This document shows positions 38,081 through 52,719 of a stretch of 64,000 bases of DNA, in pieces (the stretch's first letter is position 1; the number at the start of each line of letters is the position of its first letter). The DNA is taken from the NCBI RefSeq assembly GCF_026210795.1, contig NC_089436.1, forward strand, positions 310,001-374,000, given 5' to 3'. Source of the DNA: Rhizophagus irregularis (lineage: Eukaryota). The position numbers and the translations under genes are program-made. The notes below the pieces were generated by a model. That model was not told the origin of the DNA and made no database searches. It saw only the letters and a program-made list of their open reading frames with translations.

Positions 38081-41000
38081 CCAGTTCGACTAACTTTGGA
38101 TCAGTACTAAGTGGGAGGCTTGCTCTGAGCGAGGAGTACCATTCTGAAATAACTCCACTCTTTGTTGTATAAGTTCTCTGAAAAAAATCTACCGGCGTGC
38201 GCTTTTCCTCGATAAAAAAAACTCACTTTTGGGGGACATTACTAGCTACAGAAAAAAAATGACGTGTTTGATGTGTTTTATGTTACACAGAACCGTGAAC
38301 GTGATCAGTGATATAAAAAACTAAGTCTCGAAGTTTTTAAGTTTTTGAAGTTTTTGAAATCTACCATACTGTAACACCTCAGTGGATAACTTAAAAAGCC
38401 TAGATAAATTCGTGTCTTACTTTTTATATTTCTTATCTTCGTAGAACAAATGTGTGTCCTTTGAAATGTGATTGTCCTTCCTCATGAGAAGGAAGATCCT
38501 CTCACAGAAGACAGTACAACTACTGAATGCTCAGATTATGCCCGTAATAAGGCTGTGGTTCATGATAAGTTGCCAAAGGCGTGCATTGTGCGCTCAATCA
38601 CTTTTGTCGGAGGCAGAGCTCGTTATTCCAAATATAATCCTTTGTTTCAGCCGTGCCGAGTATTCTCTCAAAGTTTATCCATGGACTTAACTCGGATAGG
38701 AATTCTATTATATCGCTCTTCTATTTTTTTTCATTCGGCCTTTATCATATCATTTTCAGTTCCGGAGACGTGAACATTCTGCGTTTAAATGGAAATTTTC
38801 TCATTAAACTTTTGTAAGCTTTTTATCTCGGGCCTTTGGCTATTTAATTAGTAGAATTACAACAATCATTCAAGTTTCATTGAGCACTGTGTAAAACATT
38901 ATTCTGAAGAAACATGCTTGAGCAATAGATGAAATTTTTTTTACATTTGTCCTGTAATTCTTTTAGTTGCAGACTTCTTTTTTTTTACAGATCATAATTA
39001 TTTGAATGTATTTATAGAGGAAAATTCAGATCGCCAACATTTTTATCTCATCACTCATCACATCACCAATGTGGGCAAATTTTATTAGATTCATAGCGAA
39101 TCAGGAAATGCTAGAGAAGCGAATGAAATGTATGATGCTATCAAAGATGGAGGATCCTAGGCTATTTAATGCGAGTCCCAGCATCATTTTATTTCTTTGT
39201 TCTCAAATTTCCGGCAAATATCTAACTAATTTGTTCCTACAATAGCTAAATATGAAATAATATCTATGATTGAGGGGGTTTTTCAATGCCAGAAAAGATT
39301 ATCACGCTGATGATACACGTTGGGTTGATTAGATTAAATTAGGGAATATTTTGTAATAGATTTTTTCGGCGAAGATCAAAATGCCAATATATAGCAAGAA
39401 AAGTAGACCGTATGGTTTCGTATGGTTTTGGAACATCTATAGGGCTAGCAGATCGATTAACATCGTGATGACATGTTCCAAGAAGCTAGCCGAACAATAA
39501 AACAACCTATCTTTTATAACTTTGCGGATTATACTTGTTCTTTTGATTGTTGATATCAATGAACAAATAATGGTAGGTTTGGTCGGTTTTAATTTTTCGT
39601 TTGATTTTTGCTTTACTTTTGCAAGGTGGATAAAAGGATTCACTAACCGGGACATCAACTTTTTATATAATTTACAGGATCGATTTTGGTATACGCTTTT
39701 GGAGAAATTATGTTAAAATGATCACATCACGAAAATCTGAACAATGGCTTCTCCTTAATTTAACAATAAAAGAATTTGACGCTATCCATATGTAAAGATC
39801 ATCAAGAGACCCTTTTTTAACAATAATATACATAAGAATTTTGAGAATATGCGAGAAAGTAGAGAAGAACGCAATTACTTCTACTGCGCATTTAAAATAA
39901 AATAGCATACACGCTCCTACATTATTTGAAAAGATTATTGTTATGTAAAAAGCACGCTAATGCGTTTATTCTTTATTATTTGTTAAATAAATTACATATA
40001 GCAGTTCATACAGCTGAATAATAAAAAATTTCTAACTATTGGGATTGTATCGAATAGCAGAATTGGAGACACAAATAAAAAAAGTATATGAGATAAACAA
40101 CAATTTATCAAATAATAATATACCTTCAACTAGTTTAGGATTACTGTATAAAACACATTTAGAAGCCATTTACAGTATTTACAACAAGATTGCTAAGTAT
40201 AATAAGCACATGGAATAAAAATTTTGTTATTTTAACATAATCTGCTATAGATATCAATTAATTTATGGTTTTTTTTAGTACAGTATTACTCAATTGAATA
40301 TTAGTCAAAATGGTATATTATACGATTAAAAGTTTAAAATATGGAGCGTGATAAAACAATAAAATTCTAGTATAACGAATATGATTCACTCATTTTTATA
40401 ATTAAATATTAAAATCATGAATACTAATATATTGATTTACATAAAAAATAAAAAATAGTACTGCTAGTCGATTGGTAAAATGAAATAAAATATTATTTTA
40501 TTAACCTTAATAAAGTCAATTTGCGTTCTTTTTAGCGCCTTAAGATCTATAGATAGATCTATTATATTACTATTTGTAATAGGGATAATCAAACCAAATT
40601 ATTATGCCATCATGCGGCATTAATTAAATGCGTGTAGCAAACCATATGATCGGAGTATCTACAATTTCGTTAAGTGGTCGTTTTATTGTACTATTCGTTT
40701 GAAAAATGAGAGTTAAATGACAATTGACAAATTAGCTCAACCAGAAGAGATCCTTCTGGATTCGAGAAATATCATAACAATACATGTTTCTTTAATTTTC
40801 ATCCTCTGGACTTGTAAAATAAATTATGCCTAATATGAACACTTTTAAAAATAAATTTTAGGAGTTCTATTAACAAATGGTTTACTACAGGGGAGGCCCT
40901 CAATTATTTATCTTGTCTTAATGCTGTAATGTCATTTTTGTTTGTTAATTATAAGCTTATTATTTAAGCTAATTCATATTAAAAAGCTTGATTCATTGAT

Positions 41001-41735
41001 TTGATATAAAAAGCCTGTGCTGTTTTAATATATCAAATTTACAATTTACGTAATACAGGGCTCGCCGTAATAAGAATTCATATGATCTTTGCGCAACTGG
41101 ATATCATGCATCTAGTATACCCCAATTCATATTTCTCACATTAATAAAACACGTCAAAGATTATAATATTCTTTTAATAATTTTCAATAAGAAATCAGAA
41201 ACTCTACATTACTATCGTACAATATAAATTACTATTTGTGTAACGTGTGATTAAACAGCGTGCCTTATTTTCAAAAAATTTATACTTTTATTCTTTTTTT
41301 TTTAAAAAAAAAGAATATCCACAATTCTTTTAGAAAAAGTACTTTCCATTTAAATCTTTTATTACACAATATTTTGTAAAATAAAAATAACTGATAAAAA
41401 CGTCGTCATAAAAGGAAAAGGAAGGTTCTTTAAAAAAAAATTTTACACGAAATGTAGATCGTTTCATTGATTGCTTTCATTATTTGGATATACAAGTTTT
41501 TTTTTATTTTTCTCGAAATAAATTTTTGACATAATAGAAAGAATTTGGTGATACTCGAGTTTTCCATACAAGAAAAAATACGGAGTTGATCACTCCGATC
41601 ACACGAAAAACTTTGTACTAACTATTTCATTTTTAGTGATCTGCTATTTGTTATTGGATTTTTGTTTATCCTATATATATTCCGTTAATTCGGTTTCTTA
41701 ATAAATTTTCTTATGCATAAAGCAGTAGCGATAAA

Positions 41736-43617
41736 ATGAATTCAGGGTATAAACCTCGGTCGGCCAAGAAAAAGATAGCAGAAAAAATAAGCTTTTTTAT
41801 TACCAAATGTAGAAATATTATAAAAAGAAATAAATCTAAACCAGTTAATGATATAGTTGAGACATTACCAGAACTAGCATCACCATCACTATCTTCACTA
41901 TCTTCTTCGTCGTCGTCATCATTATCATCACCATCATCACCATCATCACCATCATCACCATCAATTTTATGGTCATCATCAATATTAAGTAATAATCCAG
42001 AACCAGCACAATATTCGCCATCATATCCATTATATCAATATCCACAATATTCACAATATTCACCACTACTACAGCCATCATCACAATTATTATCAACACT
42101 ATCACTTCCTTGTATATTATCAACGAGCTGGCAGGTTGACCGTAATGATCGTCATAGAAGTTATCAGACTTATCAAGAAATGAAACCTTGGGATGAGCGA
42201 GAGATGAATGATGAATTATATCTACAATCACTAAAACTTTCATTAGGGTGGTGTATGGAATGTCGAAAGTTATTTACTGGAAAGAAATGGTGTCGTTCTT
42301 GTAATGCTGCTCATTTTCATGAACAAACTTCGGAATGGACAAGTTGGAGACCTGGTCTAGATAATTTAATCATCAAAACACAAATTACTGCAAATAATGT
42401 TCATAGCTTTTTTGAATGGATTCCTTTTGTAAATTTTGATCATATTACATATTTAGCAAAAGGTGGATATAGTATTGTTTATAAAGCTATATGGAAACAA
42501 GGTCCAATTATTTATTGGGATACAAATATTAATAACTGGGAACGTTTTGGTAGTCATGAAGTAGTATTGAAAGTAATAAAAGGATCTCAAAAAAATTTAA
42601 GCGAATTTATTAATGAGGTAAATATGGGATTTATTGTTTACTCTCAGTTAAATAAAATATTTTTTTTTTTACAATTTTATTATAATTATAGCTTTCAGCT
42701 CATCACAAATTTAATACAATGATTGGACATGTACTTCGTTGTTTTGGAATTTCACGTTGGAAGGATACAGGCGACTTTATTGTTGTAACATCGTATGCTA
42801 AAGATGGGAATTTACGACAATACATTCGTAAAAATTTTTTAAATTTTTCATGGATTGAACGTTTAATTACACTTAAAGACATTGCTGAGGGTCTGGAAAT
42901 TATTCATAACTCTGGGTACGTTCATCGTGATTTACATACAGGTAATATTTTAAGACATGGAAGTTGGACAATGATAAGCGATCTTGGGCTTACATGGCAT
43001 CAAGATTCTGTATCAACAGGTGAACTATTTGGTGTATTACCTTATATAGCTCCAGAAATTCTATCTGGAAGTCAGTATTCTTCGGCGTCTGATATATATA
43101 GTTTTGCAATGATTATGTATGAAGTTGCAAGTGGAAAAATCCCATTTTACCACGAGGATATCAGCCCTATTAATATTATTAAAGGATCTCGACCTGAACT
43201 TCCTTCTGCTACTCCTTTTATTTATACCGAACTTATGAAATCTTGTTGGGATTCTGACCCGAAGGAAAGGCCAACTGCTGGATATCTTGTTAACTTATTT
43301 GATGATTGGATTCATAGTAAAGGGAAGCAATTAATCGTAACTTATAATTCCTTTCAAAATGCTGAAATTGAGCGAAAGTATTCAAATATTGACATTGAAG
43401 AAAGTTATACTTCTACTATCGATCAAATTAGTCAATTAATTTCTATTAAATGGTCAACAGAAACTTCAATTAGGTTTACATGTCGTAATAAGGTTAATGA
43501 AGCTGAAAAATTGCAACCTTTTGTCTTAAAAATTGTTATTTTTGTCGTAACTGTAAATATGGTGATGATTTTTCAATCAGTTGTGATAGGCGTAACGTTT
43601 GTAATTATTGTAAATAA
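41736..43617 (+). CDS. Tyrosine-kinase-like protein kinase with Ser/Pro-rich N-terminus and CxxC..WCxxC motif; intron ~42618-42699; probable Cys-rich C-terminus after a 1-nt frameshift near 43506-43522
   Basis: LAKGGYSIVYKAIW, VVLKVI, HRDLHTGN, SDLGL, GVLPYIAPE, SDIYSFAMIMYE, CWDSDPKERP. The uncorrected frame ends at 43645. Confidence 0.9.
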
Positions 43618-45422
43618 TGAAAATAGCTGTAATTTAATTAATTAAAAAAATAAACCACGAATTTATTTATTAGTAAATTTGATAACAATTATCAAAGCAC
43701 TAATTGCACTAATTTTTTTTTCTTTTTCTAACGCTAAGAAAAATAAAAAAAAATATAAATACGTAAGGCAGGACGTTAATTCGTGTAGATCTCTATTTTA
43801 TAATAGTATCAGCAAGGAATTTATAGCAACTATGCAACATGCATTATCGTAATTCCGGCCCTGAAAATGAGTACAGCTCATACCGTATAGATCATCATGT
43901 GTAGCATTTTTTTTTTATAATAAGATTAACGTTATTAAAGTTTTATTATTACAATTATTATTTATATGGTTTTAGTACATCACATCAAAGTTATATGCGG
44001 TAAAGTGATGTATCATTTTAATAACCGATTCTTCGAAATATCGTTTATTCTTCCGATCCAAATGAAATACTGTAGGTGGTTGCTTCAATTTGGTCATAAA
44101 CAACAACAAAAAAAAAAAATCCTAAACGATAGAATAAATTTTTAATCAAAATATTAATAGTTATCAACAAAATTGTTTCTTTAACGCTATAATTACGCAA
44201 ATATTTATCAAATATTTCAAAATCACAACTAATAATTTTTACGAAAGAAGCGGAAAAATTCCAAATTTTAAACGAGAATAAATCCATCCTTTTAATATTA
44301 TTAATGATTGATGGTAGTACCTCGGGGTAACTTGTGCAATGCTTCAATATTATTGAGGAGAAAGATTTTATAGTTTCACTTAAATATAGTTTATATTTTC
44401 CAAAAATAGTTGATCTCTTTACCCCATGGTAAGACATTAATATTATATCCAAAAAGAAAAATAAGAAAAAAAAATTCTTTGTAATAAAATATTGAGATTG
44501 TTACTAATTAAGGTAGAAAAAAAAAAAAACCTATTTTATTGTGTTTTAAAATGTTTAATATTAATATTAAAAATTTATCCGGACTTTTGCTTAACTATTG
44601 TTTTATCTAATTTAGAGATATTTTTAAAATTAAAAACGTGGAGATTTTTAATATTCCGAATATCCCCTGTTTAATAAAATTTTGAAACGTTCGTTGATAC
44701 AATTTTAACGAAGTTATTTAAGTTTAAACTTTTTTTGGAATATAATAGGATGATGTGAAACTTCGTTATAGTACAAGTATTTTGAAATAAATGAAACAAT
44801 GAAACACAAAGGAAAAAAAAAATTCAAAGTATACCAATATGATCGATATCCAATCATTTTGAATTACCGAAAATTGTTTACTTAAAAATATACATCCAGA
44901 AATTCAAATATTTTAAAATAATGGGTTTGGATTTCATTTAGGTTTTAGAATTTTAAAGTTTCAAATTTTTTTTTTTTTGTGAACAATCTAAATTTTTTTT
45001 TAGAATTATGATCATCATTGAACAATAGAATTTAAAGGGTCATGGTAGTACTATTGTTATCAAAAAAAAACTTCAAAAAATCCGCGGAATTTCGTATCAC
45101 ATGATCGACAAAGCGCAGTAATCATAGAATTTAGGTAATGATGATAATCTTTTTACTAATTAATGAATGAACGTATAAATGGTAATAATACTTTTCGAAC
45201 TGTCTCGGCATCCAATATTAGAAATGAGCGGCTTGCTATAGTTTCGGTGTGTATAAATATGCCTGAACGCGACGAAGGTTTTCTTGCAACAAAAAAATTT
45301 CAATCGATAATAAAATAAAAAAAAAAACAATTCAATAATTCTATTAAAAGTCAATCAATATTTTAGATCAAATTACAAACTTTTGATTTATTTTTTTCTT
45401 AAATTATTAAAACTCCTTAAAA

Positions 45423-45827
45423 ATGTCTGTTATTCAAGAAATCCCTGCTCCTTATTTTGTTTCTTTATTACATGAAGAAGGATCAAATTATTTCAACAAT
45501 AAGTCTCACGCATTCGAATTGAAGGTAGAAGGTCTTGATAGATCATTCTTCGTACATTTAGAATATCTTACTTCTCAATCAACATTTTTCCGAGATACAC
45601 TTGCTAATGTAAAAGAAGGGGATCTAGTGAAGATCATTGTACCATCCCCTGAAACCTTTGAACCAATTATTGAATATTTATATTTCGGAAATGGTGACAA
45701 ATGGTATGATACCATGAGCCCTGATAACTATAATGATGTTTGGGAAAACGTTCAACATCTCGGTTTAGACGAAAAGGCGAGAACAATTTGTTTGGCATAT
45801 TATCAAAACAATTTAGCAATAGAATAA
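45423..45827 (+). CDS. Small BTB/POZ-domain protein (134 aa)
   Basis: FELKVEG..SFFVHLEYLTSQSTFFR..SPETFEPIIEYLY..VWENVQHLGL..IC matches the BTB pattern; good ATG context. Confidence 0.85.
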   Translation: MSVIQEIPAPYFVSLLHEEGSNYFNNKSHAFELKVEGLDRSFFVHLEYLTSQSTFFRDTLANVKEGDLVKIIVPSPETFEPIIEYLYFGNGDKWYDTMSPDNYNDVWENVQHLGLDEKARTICLAYYQNNLAIE

Positions 45828-47021
45828 TAGAATAATGTTTCAAATATAGCTCTTATTTTTTATTTTCACGTAGTTCTGCATTGTAATTTATTCATCACAA
45901 AAAAAAAAAGGATACAAACGAAAAAAAAAAAAGTTTTTTAAAAAAAAGGACAATTTTTGCATATTCATTAGACCTTAAAAAAAAAAAAGAAAAAAAAGAA
46001 GCTTTTAAAAAGTATTTAGCATTTATTTTTCATCGAATCGTTAAAAAAAAAAATTTTTATTTTATTTTTATTTTCTTTTCATTACTTTATTTTATTTCTT
46101 TCTTATTCTGTATTTTTTTCATTTTTCTTTTCTTTTTATTTGCATTTCAATAAAATATTTATTTTATCTTTTTTAAAAAAAAATGCGCCGCTTGCATCCG
46201 GAATCCGGATAAATTAATTATTCCAGAATTATTGTGTTATTAAAGAAAAAATGAATGGTATTATAAGTTGAAATATTCCATTCATATTATTAAAATGTTT
46301 ATTACTAAAACTTCTTTCAATTTTATTATTATTCGAATCGTGATATATATTATTTTAAAGGCTATTCTTCGCTAATTTCATGGCGATGGAGTTCATTTTT
46401 AACTTATTTATTCCCATAAGTTCTATACTTTATTAATAAAGTATGTACTGTATTAAATTATGAGATTACCCAAAAATTCTGACATCTATAATCTCGAATT
46501 CTAGATGGCCCGCCAGTTTTAAAATCCTGGCAAATCAAGGTTACAGAACCCAACGGTTAAAAATACTGCTGGTAAAATCCCGAAGTTTAGAAGTCTTAAA
46601 TTGTATTATGCATATCACTTTAAATTGAAATAATAAATGTTTGTTAAATCAAATTAATATAATTATTAACAATATTAACGCAAAATAAATATTATTATTA
46701 ACGCAAAATATTTGCAAGTTTTAAAGAAATATAAAATTCCATTTATCTTTTATTTTTTTTTAAGTAAGTTAATTAAAGTCTCAATCAATTTTAAAAGAAA
46801 GCTATTCCATGATCCCCCGACTATCAATAATACATCAGATACTGTACAGTACATCAGCTTGAGTATTCACTTGTTTCTCACAAACTTCACATTGTTTTAA
46901 AAATAAATTCGACTAGTAAAAAAAAACAATACAAAAAATACATTAATTGGAATTGAAATTTTACAAATATTTTGTGATAATTTTACCAAAATATTTTGTG
47001 ATAATAATTTTATTAGCGATG

Positions 47022-47176
47022 CTCTAATAAAGAATTTTTATCCGAAAATTTCCATAATTTCTCCGTGGCTTCCGTGAAAATGATACATTCACACGGGATA
47101 TCCGTGTTAGATCCATGAAAATGATACATTCACGGAAAAATCATGGAAATATAAAACACATCAACATTTTTTACAG
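47022..47176. mobile_element. Degenerate copy of the CMC-like MITE at 57616-57814
   Basis: Shares aatttttatccgaa.atttccat, ccgtgaaaatgatacattca (twice), ggatatccgtgttag and ttttttacag; termini eroded. Confidence 0.7.
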
Positions 47177-50100
47177 ATTACAGTGATGCAAATAGCCGAA
47201 TATACACCTTTAGGATTCAACGTCATTTTTTTAAATTATAGTAAGATTATGATGGGTGTCAACATTTATCGTAATTAACTAGTATAAAATTAAATAAATA
47301 CTTTAACCTATAACGACATAATGGATTGAATTTTCTCTTGGTCGGACTTGTCTCTGTTCTTATGCCCTTGGATTCTGGACTCTCAGTATCTCTTAGTTTT
47401 TATCAACCCGTAAGTACTTTTCTTTGTAAAGTTTTTTTATCCCGCATTTTATAACGATTGTACCAAAATAAATTTATCATCATGTGATACCATGTTGACC
47501 AATTTTATTGGTCATCTAATGTCGCTCATCACGCACATGACGGTCATGTCGTACATAAGAAATCTGAATAATAGTAGTATAGTACAGATCACACTATAAT
47601 AAAAGGCAAAATCCTACATTTAACAATTATCATTTGTACTAATAAATACCTGCCTCATTATTAAAGCTGTAAATACATTATTGAAATTTGATTAATTAGT
47701 TTTATTATTTTTCACATAATAGTTTACCCTGAATTATAACAAATGGTTATGTATCCTTTATTTTTTAAATAAAAAAAAATAAGAATTAACTTAAGTTTGA
47801 TTAATGCTACATGAAATTAAAATATGAAATAATCCCACTAGTGTACATAGATATATAATCGTATCGGAAAGTGATACCCGATTTAAAATTGAAGACAAAA
47901 ACAAAAATACGTGTATTTTTTCACTAGTAAAATAAAAATTTATACTTGATAACGCCAAAACAGCAGCCTTCTTAAAAAGAACTATCTAAATTTCATCTTT
48001 TCTTTAGCACAGCTTTAAGACTCTTGGCAGAGCATCACACTTCTAGGTAATATATTAAATAGCTACTAAATGTTTTCCGGTTTGTTTCTGATAAATTCGC
48101 TGACAAATCAATAGTTAAAATTTTATTCAATTTTAACTTCTTCGTTATATACGTTAATATTTTTCTCTAATTTTGAAAAGTGGTTCAATAATCATAGCTG
48201 ATATTTTGATCATAGAAATTATTGTAGGACATCTTAAAAAGAACAAATACCGGATAGCACTGACTAAGGAATCCCCATTTTGACGTACCCTCCTTATAAT
48301 ATGTAGAGGTAATTTTTAATTCTGGTAAAGTTAGGTTAATTCTGGCCGATTTTTCCATGTTCCATACAAAGTATCCCGGGTACGATCCAATTTTTTAAAT
48401 AAGGTAAATTGGTTTATACCCGGGTACCTTACGGTAAGTGAAAAGTTTCCACAACAAAACAAAAAAAAATGAAGTATTGTAACACTCTATAAAATAAGCA
48501 GATACGTTTTTATACTGAAAGATATGGTTTGTATACTGAGAGATACGTCTAGTCATCTAGTTACGTCTAGATACGTTTAGAGATACGGAAAAATGCTGAA
48601 AAAAAACGTATCATGTGAGATACGGCCTATATAATGGTAATTCCTTTCCACAATTCTGTACTACTACTTTCTACTATTAAATTGATCTCATCTAATATAG
48701 TAATATAACTATCCTTCTTCTTAACATTTCTTTCATAAAAGCTTTAAACTGTAAATTTCTTAACATTTCTACCTAAAGGTAGTTCTAATTCTAAAATTAT
48801 TACCAAAATCTGAAATACTGAATCTGAAATCTAAAATATATTTAAAAACCAAATTTCAAAATGCCAAAATACGAACTTTGCCAAAATACCAAAATTTGTA
48901 TTAATAATAAATTTATAATAATATAACTTATAAAACCTACTATATATTTTATAATATTTTCATTCTGCTTCTTTAGACAATAACATATTGAAAAAAATAT
49001 TTATTTAATAAAGGTATTATTGTAAAGTATAAAAGACTATTTTTTAATTTAGCATATTAATGGTGGCTGCAAATATAATGAATTACGTTTTTAAAAAAGG
49101 ATTTTTTTTAAATCTTTTAAAAAAAGTCTAATATTTTTTTATAAAAAAAAAATTACTGAAATGATTTTAATTAAAAAAGCAAATATCAAAATGGTATAGC
49201 ATTAGAAAATTTTAGTTATATCATTTAGTTATATTCATCCATTACATATATTAGTTAGGCCGCTCTAACAAATAGTTTTTAACATCACATAGCACAAGAA
49301 AATTAGGGTAATAAAATTTTAAACATACAAAAAATCATGTGACTAATAAAGCTAATTGACCGATAATATTTAATACAAAGTGTTTGTTTCAATCCAATTT
49401 TTTGGCAAAAATGTGATGAATCTGACTTAATTTTTTAATTCATATATAGAATATATTACATAGAAAATGATTTTGATATTAGCCTTTAAGCTTATTTTTA
49501 AATTATTATGGGAATTTTAATTGCTTCTAAAAATTGTGATTGATTACACATATCAAAAGTTAATTAATCATCGAAATTAATAAAGAAAGTATTTTCTTCA
49601 TTTTCCAAAGTTTTCAGGTTCTAAAATCAACGTTTACAACATTTAATCACTTGGCCAATGACCGCCAATCAAATATAATCCACCAAATATTGTCTATATT
49701 GATCAATTTTAATCGAGAAATCCAGAATAATGATTGATTATATTTTATTTGATTACAGCGTTGAGATAATTTCGCCCATAGTTTCTGGGATGCCAATTGG
49801 CTTATAAATTAAAAATTCATCATCCAGACCTGTGTTAGCTGGTTTTCTTATGGAACTATTAGTGGATGGGTACATATTTTATAATACTCAGTAATTATCC
49901 TGTTATTATAATATAATAAGCTAATATTTTCAGTAGTTTACCTCAAACCTTTTTAAAAGCCACAAAATTGGCACTGTAAGGTATATGATTCAACAATGGC
50001 CCACAGCCCCACACTAATTATTATAGAATTAAATATCAAAAGTTATGTTATTATTTATATTTTGGTTGAATGTTGATTTAATATAAAGATTTCAACCCAC

Positions 50101-50903
50101 TATCCCACTATCAGATGGTCATGTTTATATTTCCAGTTAAGTGCGACGCGTCCTTTTAACTTTTACATGTCATTTATTATATGAAAAAATATCTAATAAT
50201 TATGTAATTTATGTAATTGTAGTTTGATAAAGCAGCTGTAGGATAAACTGTAATAACTATGTATTCTAATGTATGTTTTTGTAGCCGGGTATGATGAGTA
50301 TATTGAATATATTTGAGTGCTTACGCATAACTCATGTAACTATAAATAGTATTTTTATGCATAAAAAAATAGGTTCAATAAAGTTTGAGTGCTGAGATTT
50401 AATAATAATTAACCGAAAATATTCTGTGGTAAACGCGTAATTAATATATATTTGTGTGTTAATTTGCGTTACAAAAAAATAATCGACTTTTTTATTCCTA
50501 TAAAAATCCTTTTTTTCTACGCGTAATTTTTTTTAAAATATTCCTTCTTTTTCAAGACATTTGTTATAACTTGTAAACTTGCAGTTAAGTTTTAACATTT
50601 TTTTTTTTGAAAAGTTTATAATTTTCTCAAATAAAATTTTTCAAAAAGTAATACTATAGTGTACTAATCATTTTTGTTATTATATCAATACGGAAAAAAC
50701 AATTCCCGACGTATCTTTGGCCTGAAAGTTGTAGATTCTCCTCAGTTCTGTTGATGTTTCTACAACACCACTGATAAGTGATAACGCTCTCACAAAGCCA
50801 CGCCTGGGGATGCTCTTACACTACTACTATCAGATTAGCAGAACAGGACTAAAAACATGACACTATCCCGAATATGCATCTCCGCAGTCCAACTGTAGAG
50901 TAC

Positions 50904-51029
50904 GTTTATGGCTGGACTTCTTTGAAACGGAAGCCGGATTTAAAAGAACCCTAATGCGTATCTGTCTGTGCATTCTGTGTTTATGGCTTGAGTTCGTTGA
51001 AACGGAAGCCGGGTTTAAAAGAACCCTAA
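50904..51029. repeat. 51-bp direct repeat pair (period 75)
   Basis: 50904-50954 vs 50979-51029, 47/51 identical: gtttatggct.ga.ttc.ttgaaacggaagccgg.tttaaaagaaccctaa. Confidence 0.85.
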
Positions 51030-51399
51030 GACACGCACGAGGCCGTTGTATATTCTGGGAGTAGATGTCTAGCTATGATGATTTCAAAATTTCATTTTTT
51101 CATTGATGAAGCTTATTTACATGCTACATATTTTACGACCCTCGTTCCAATTTGATATATTACGATCGAATATCATAATAACAATCAAATAAGTTTAAAT
51201 GGATCGGATAGACGGATGAGATGACGGACTATCCGGTTTATATCATCTGAACTTATTCTTGTATACTGATGCCTAAATGTTCGTGGAGCAAATACGCGTA
51301 CAATTGACTTCAACGAACTCCTAGAAGTTGGAGATCCTTAAGAAATTGTACCTCTAATTTGTCTTTGAATTGTTACGCAACATGGTACTGTAAGGTTAG

Positions 51400-51730
51400 G
51401 CAATGCGCATGTGAAGTCATAATCCCGAATAGATGAAGGAGTACCGGATTCATCAAAATTGCGAGAAATTTCCTGAATTAATCCCTGTCCATTTTTTGCA
51501 CACACGGGCTTTTCAGAAGAGATACCAGAGGTATTACCAGAAGTAACAGTATCAGATATTTTTGTAACGATACTTGACTTTGCCCTGCTTTACTAAGCTT
51601 CTTTTCCTTATTTCGTTTCCTAATCTCATCGCTAATATTTTTCTTATGGACCTCATCCGTCTCAATTTCACATTCTCAGCTTCAAGCTCAGTGATACGCT
51701 GTATCAATATTTCAAGCTCTGATGATATGA
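51400..51730 (-). pseudogene. Second relic of a coiled-coil N-terminal repeat-family gene
   Basis: The minus strand gives SELEILIQRITELEAENVKLR and DEVHKKNISDEIRKRNKEKKL; frameshifted. Confidence 0.5.
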
Positions 51731-52719
51731 TCTACAATGTTTAAGCTATATCATGGCCGTTGACACATTAGAAAAGGTGACTACTTTTACCGTAGTATAG
51801 AAAGCTACTATTTTTTTCCTATTATGTATGGTTGTGCGTGTAACATAAAGTAGTTTTTTAATAAAAAAGATAGAACTTTTATGAAGCAGCCGATGAAGGA
51901 TCATCAAAATACTTGCCAGGTATACTCTTACTAGACGAATTTAGAAAAAAAAATGGTAGAATACCCATTCCTATTCCTATTCCTATTCCTAATCGTATTC
52001 CTAGTCGATTGTAACGGCTCCATATGAACTCATCTTATTTATATTAAAATAAAATTTCGTAGTACATATTATAAACTTCTATTCTTTGAACATATTTTAG
52101 TAACATATTAAAAGAACGGCTAAGAAAATTTCTTGGAAAAAAAAGGTTAAATTTTATAAATGATTACGCAATGTTTGATTACTCTCACATCAGTCACATG
52201 AAAAACACGTAATATTTTTTGATGTGAAGCGTACAATATTTTAGCTTTATACGTATCTTTATTCGCTTTATACGTATCTTTTCGTACTTTATTATATAAC
52301 ATAACGTAAAGTATGCGAATAATTTGTAATTTTCATAATTATTAAAATGTAATATTATTTTAGTCTGAGAAAGAACAAACAAAAATTCACACATATAGAA
52401 TGAGGATTTAGAAGTAATTAAAAAAATATTATATTTTTGCCTAATTGTTCTTCTATATATGCATCTGTTATTTTAATTATCACCATTAATTAAGGTAATA
52501 TAGTTCATTAGTTCATTATATTGCTACAGTACTACTATCAAAATGTTTTCTATGCATTTTTTTTAAAAAAAATTCTGAACTGAAGTTTTAGATCTATAGA
52601 TTTCAGATTTATACTAATATATAACAAGTATAAAATACAGTTATAAGGTTAAATTTGATGATAAACAAAATTTTGCTTTTACATTATTTTAATATTCTAT
52701 TAACCATGTAAACAAAGAA

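Noticed and set aside
38440..39720. Short ORFs on both strands
   Set aside because: Probably decayed gene relics, but no frame gives an identifiable product.
40730..40770. tRNA-like A/B-box words (TAGCTCAA..GATTCGAG) with a small hairpin
   Set aside because: Too short, and no cloverleaf or acceptor stem can be formed.
41845..42243. 132-aa Met/Val-rich minus-strand ORF
   Set aside because: Antisense shadow of the (TCA/CCA)n Ser/Pro-rich kinase N-terminus.
43523..43645. C-terminal transmembrane helix on the kinase
   Set aside because: More plausibly an out-of-frame reading of a Cys-rich tail (see finding); not excluded without reads.
44045..44452. 135-aa minus-strand ORF
   Set aside because: Non-ATG start, no recognisable motif, and it runs through a T homopolymer; cannot be supported.
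48258..48440. Possible CAC...GTG TIR element
   Set aside because: The terminal match is weak and no TSD was found.
50904..51029. CRISPR-like repeat-spacer-repeat or hammerhead ribozyme
   Set aside because: Only two units, eukaryotic context and no cas genes. No CUGANGA core is positioned with the GAAAC.
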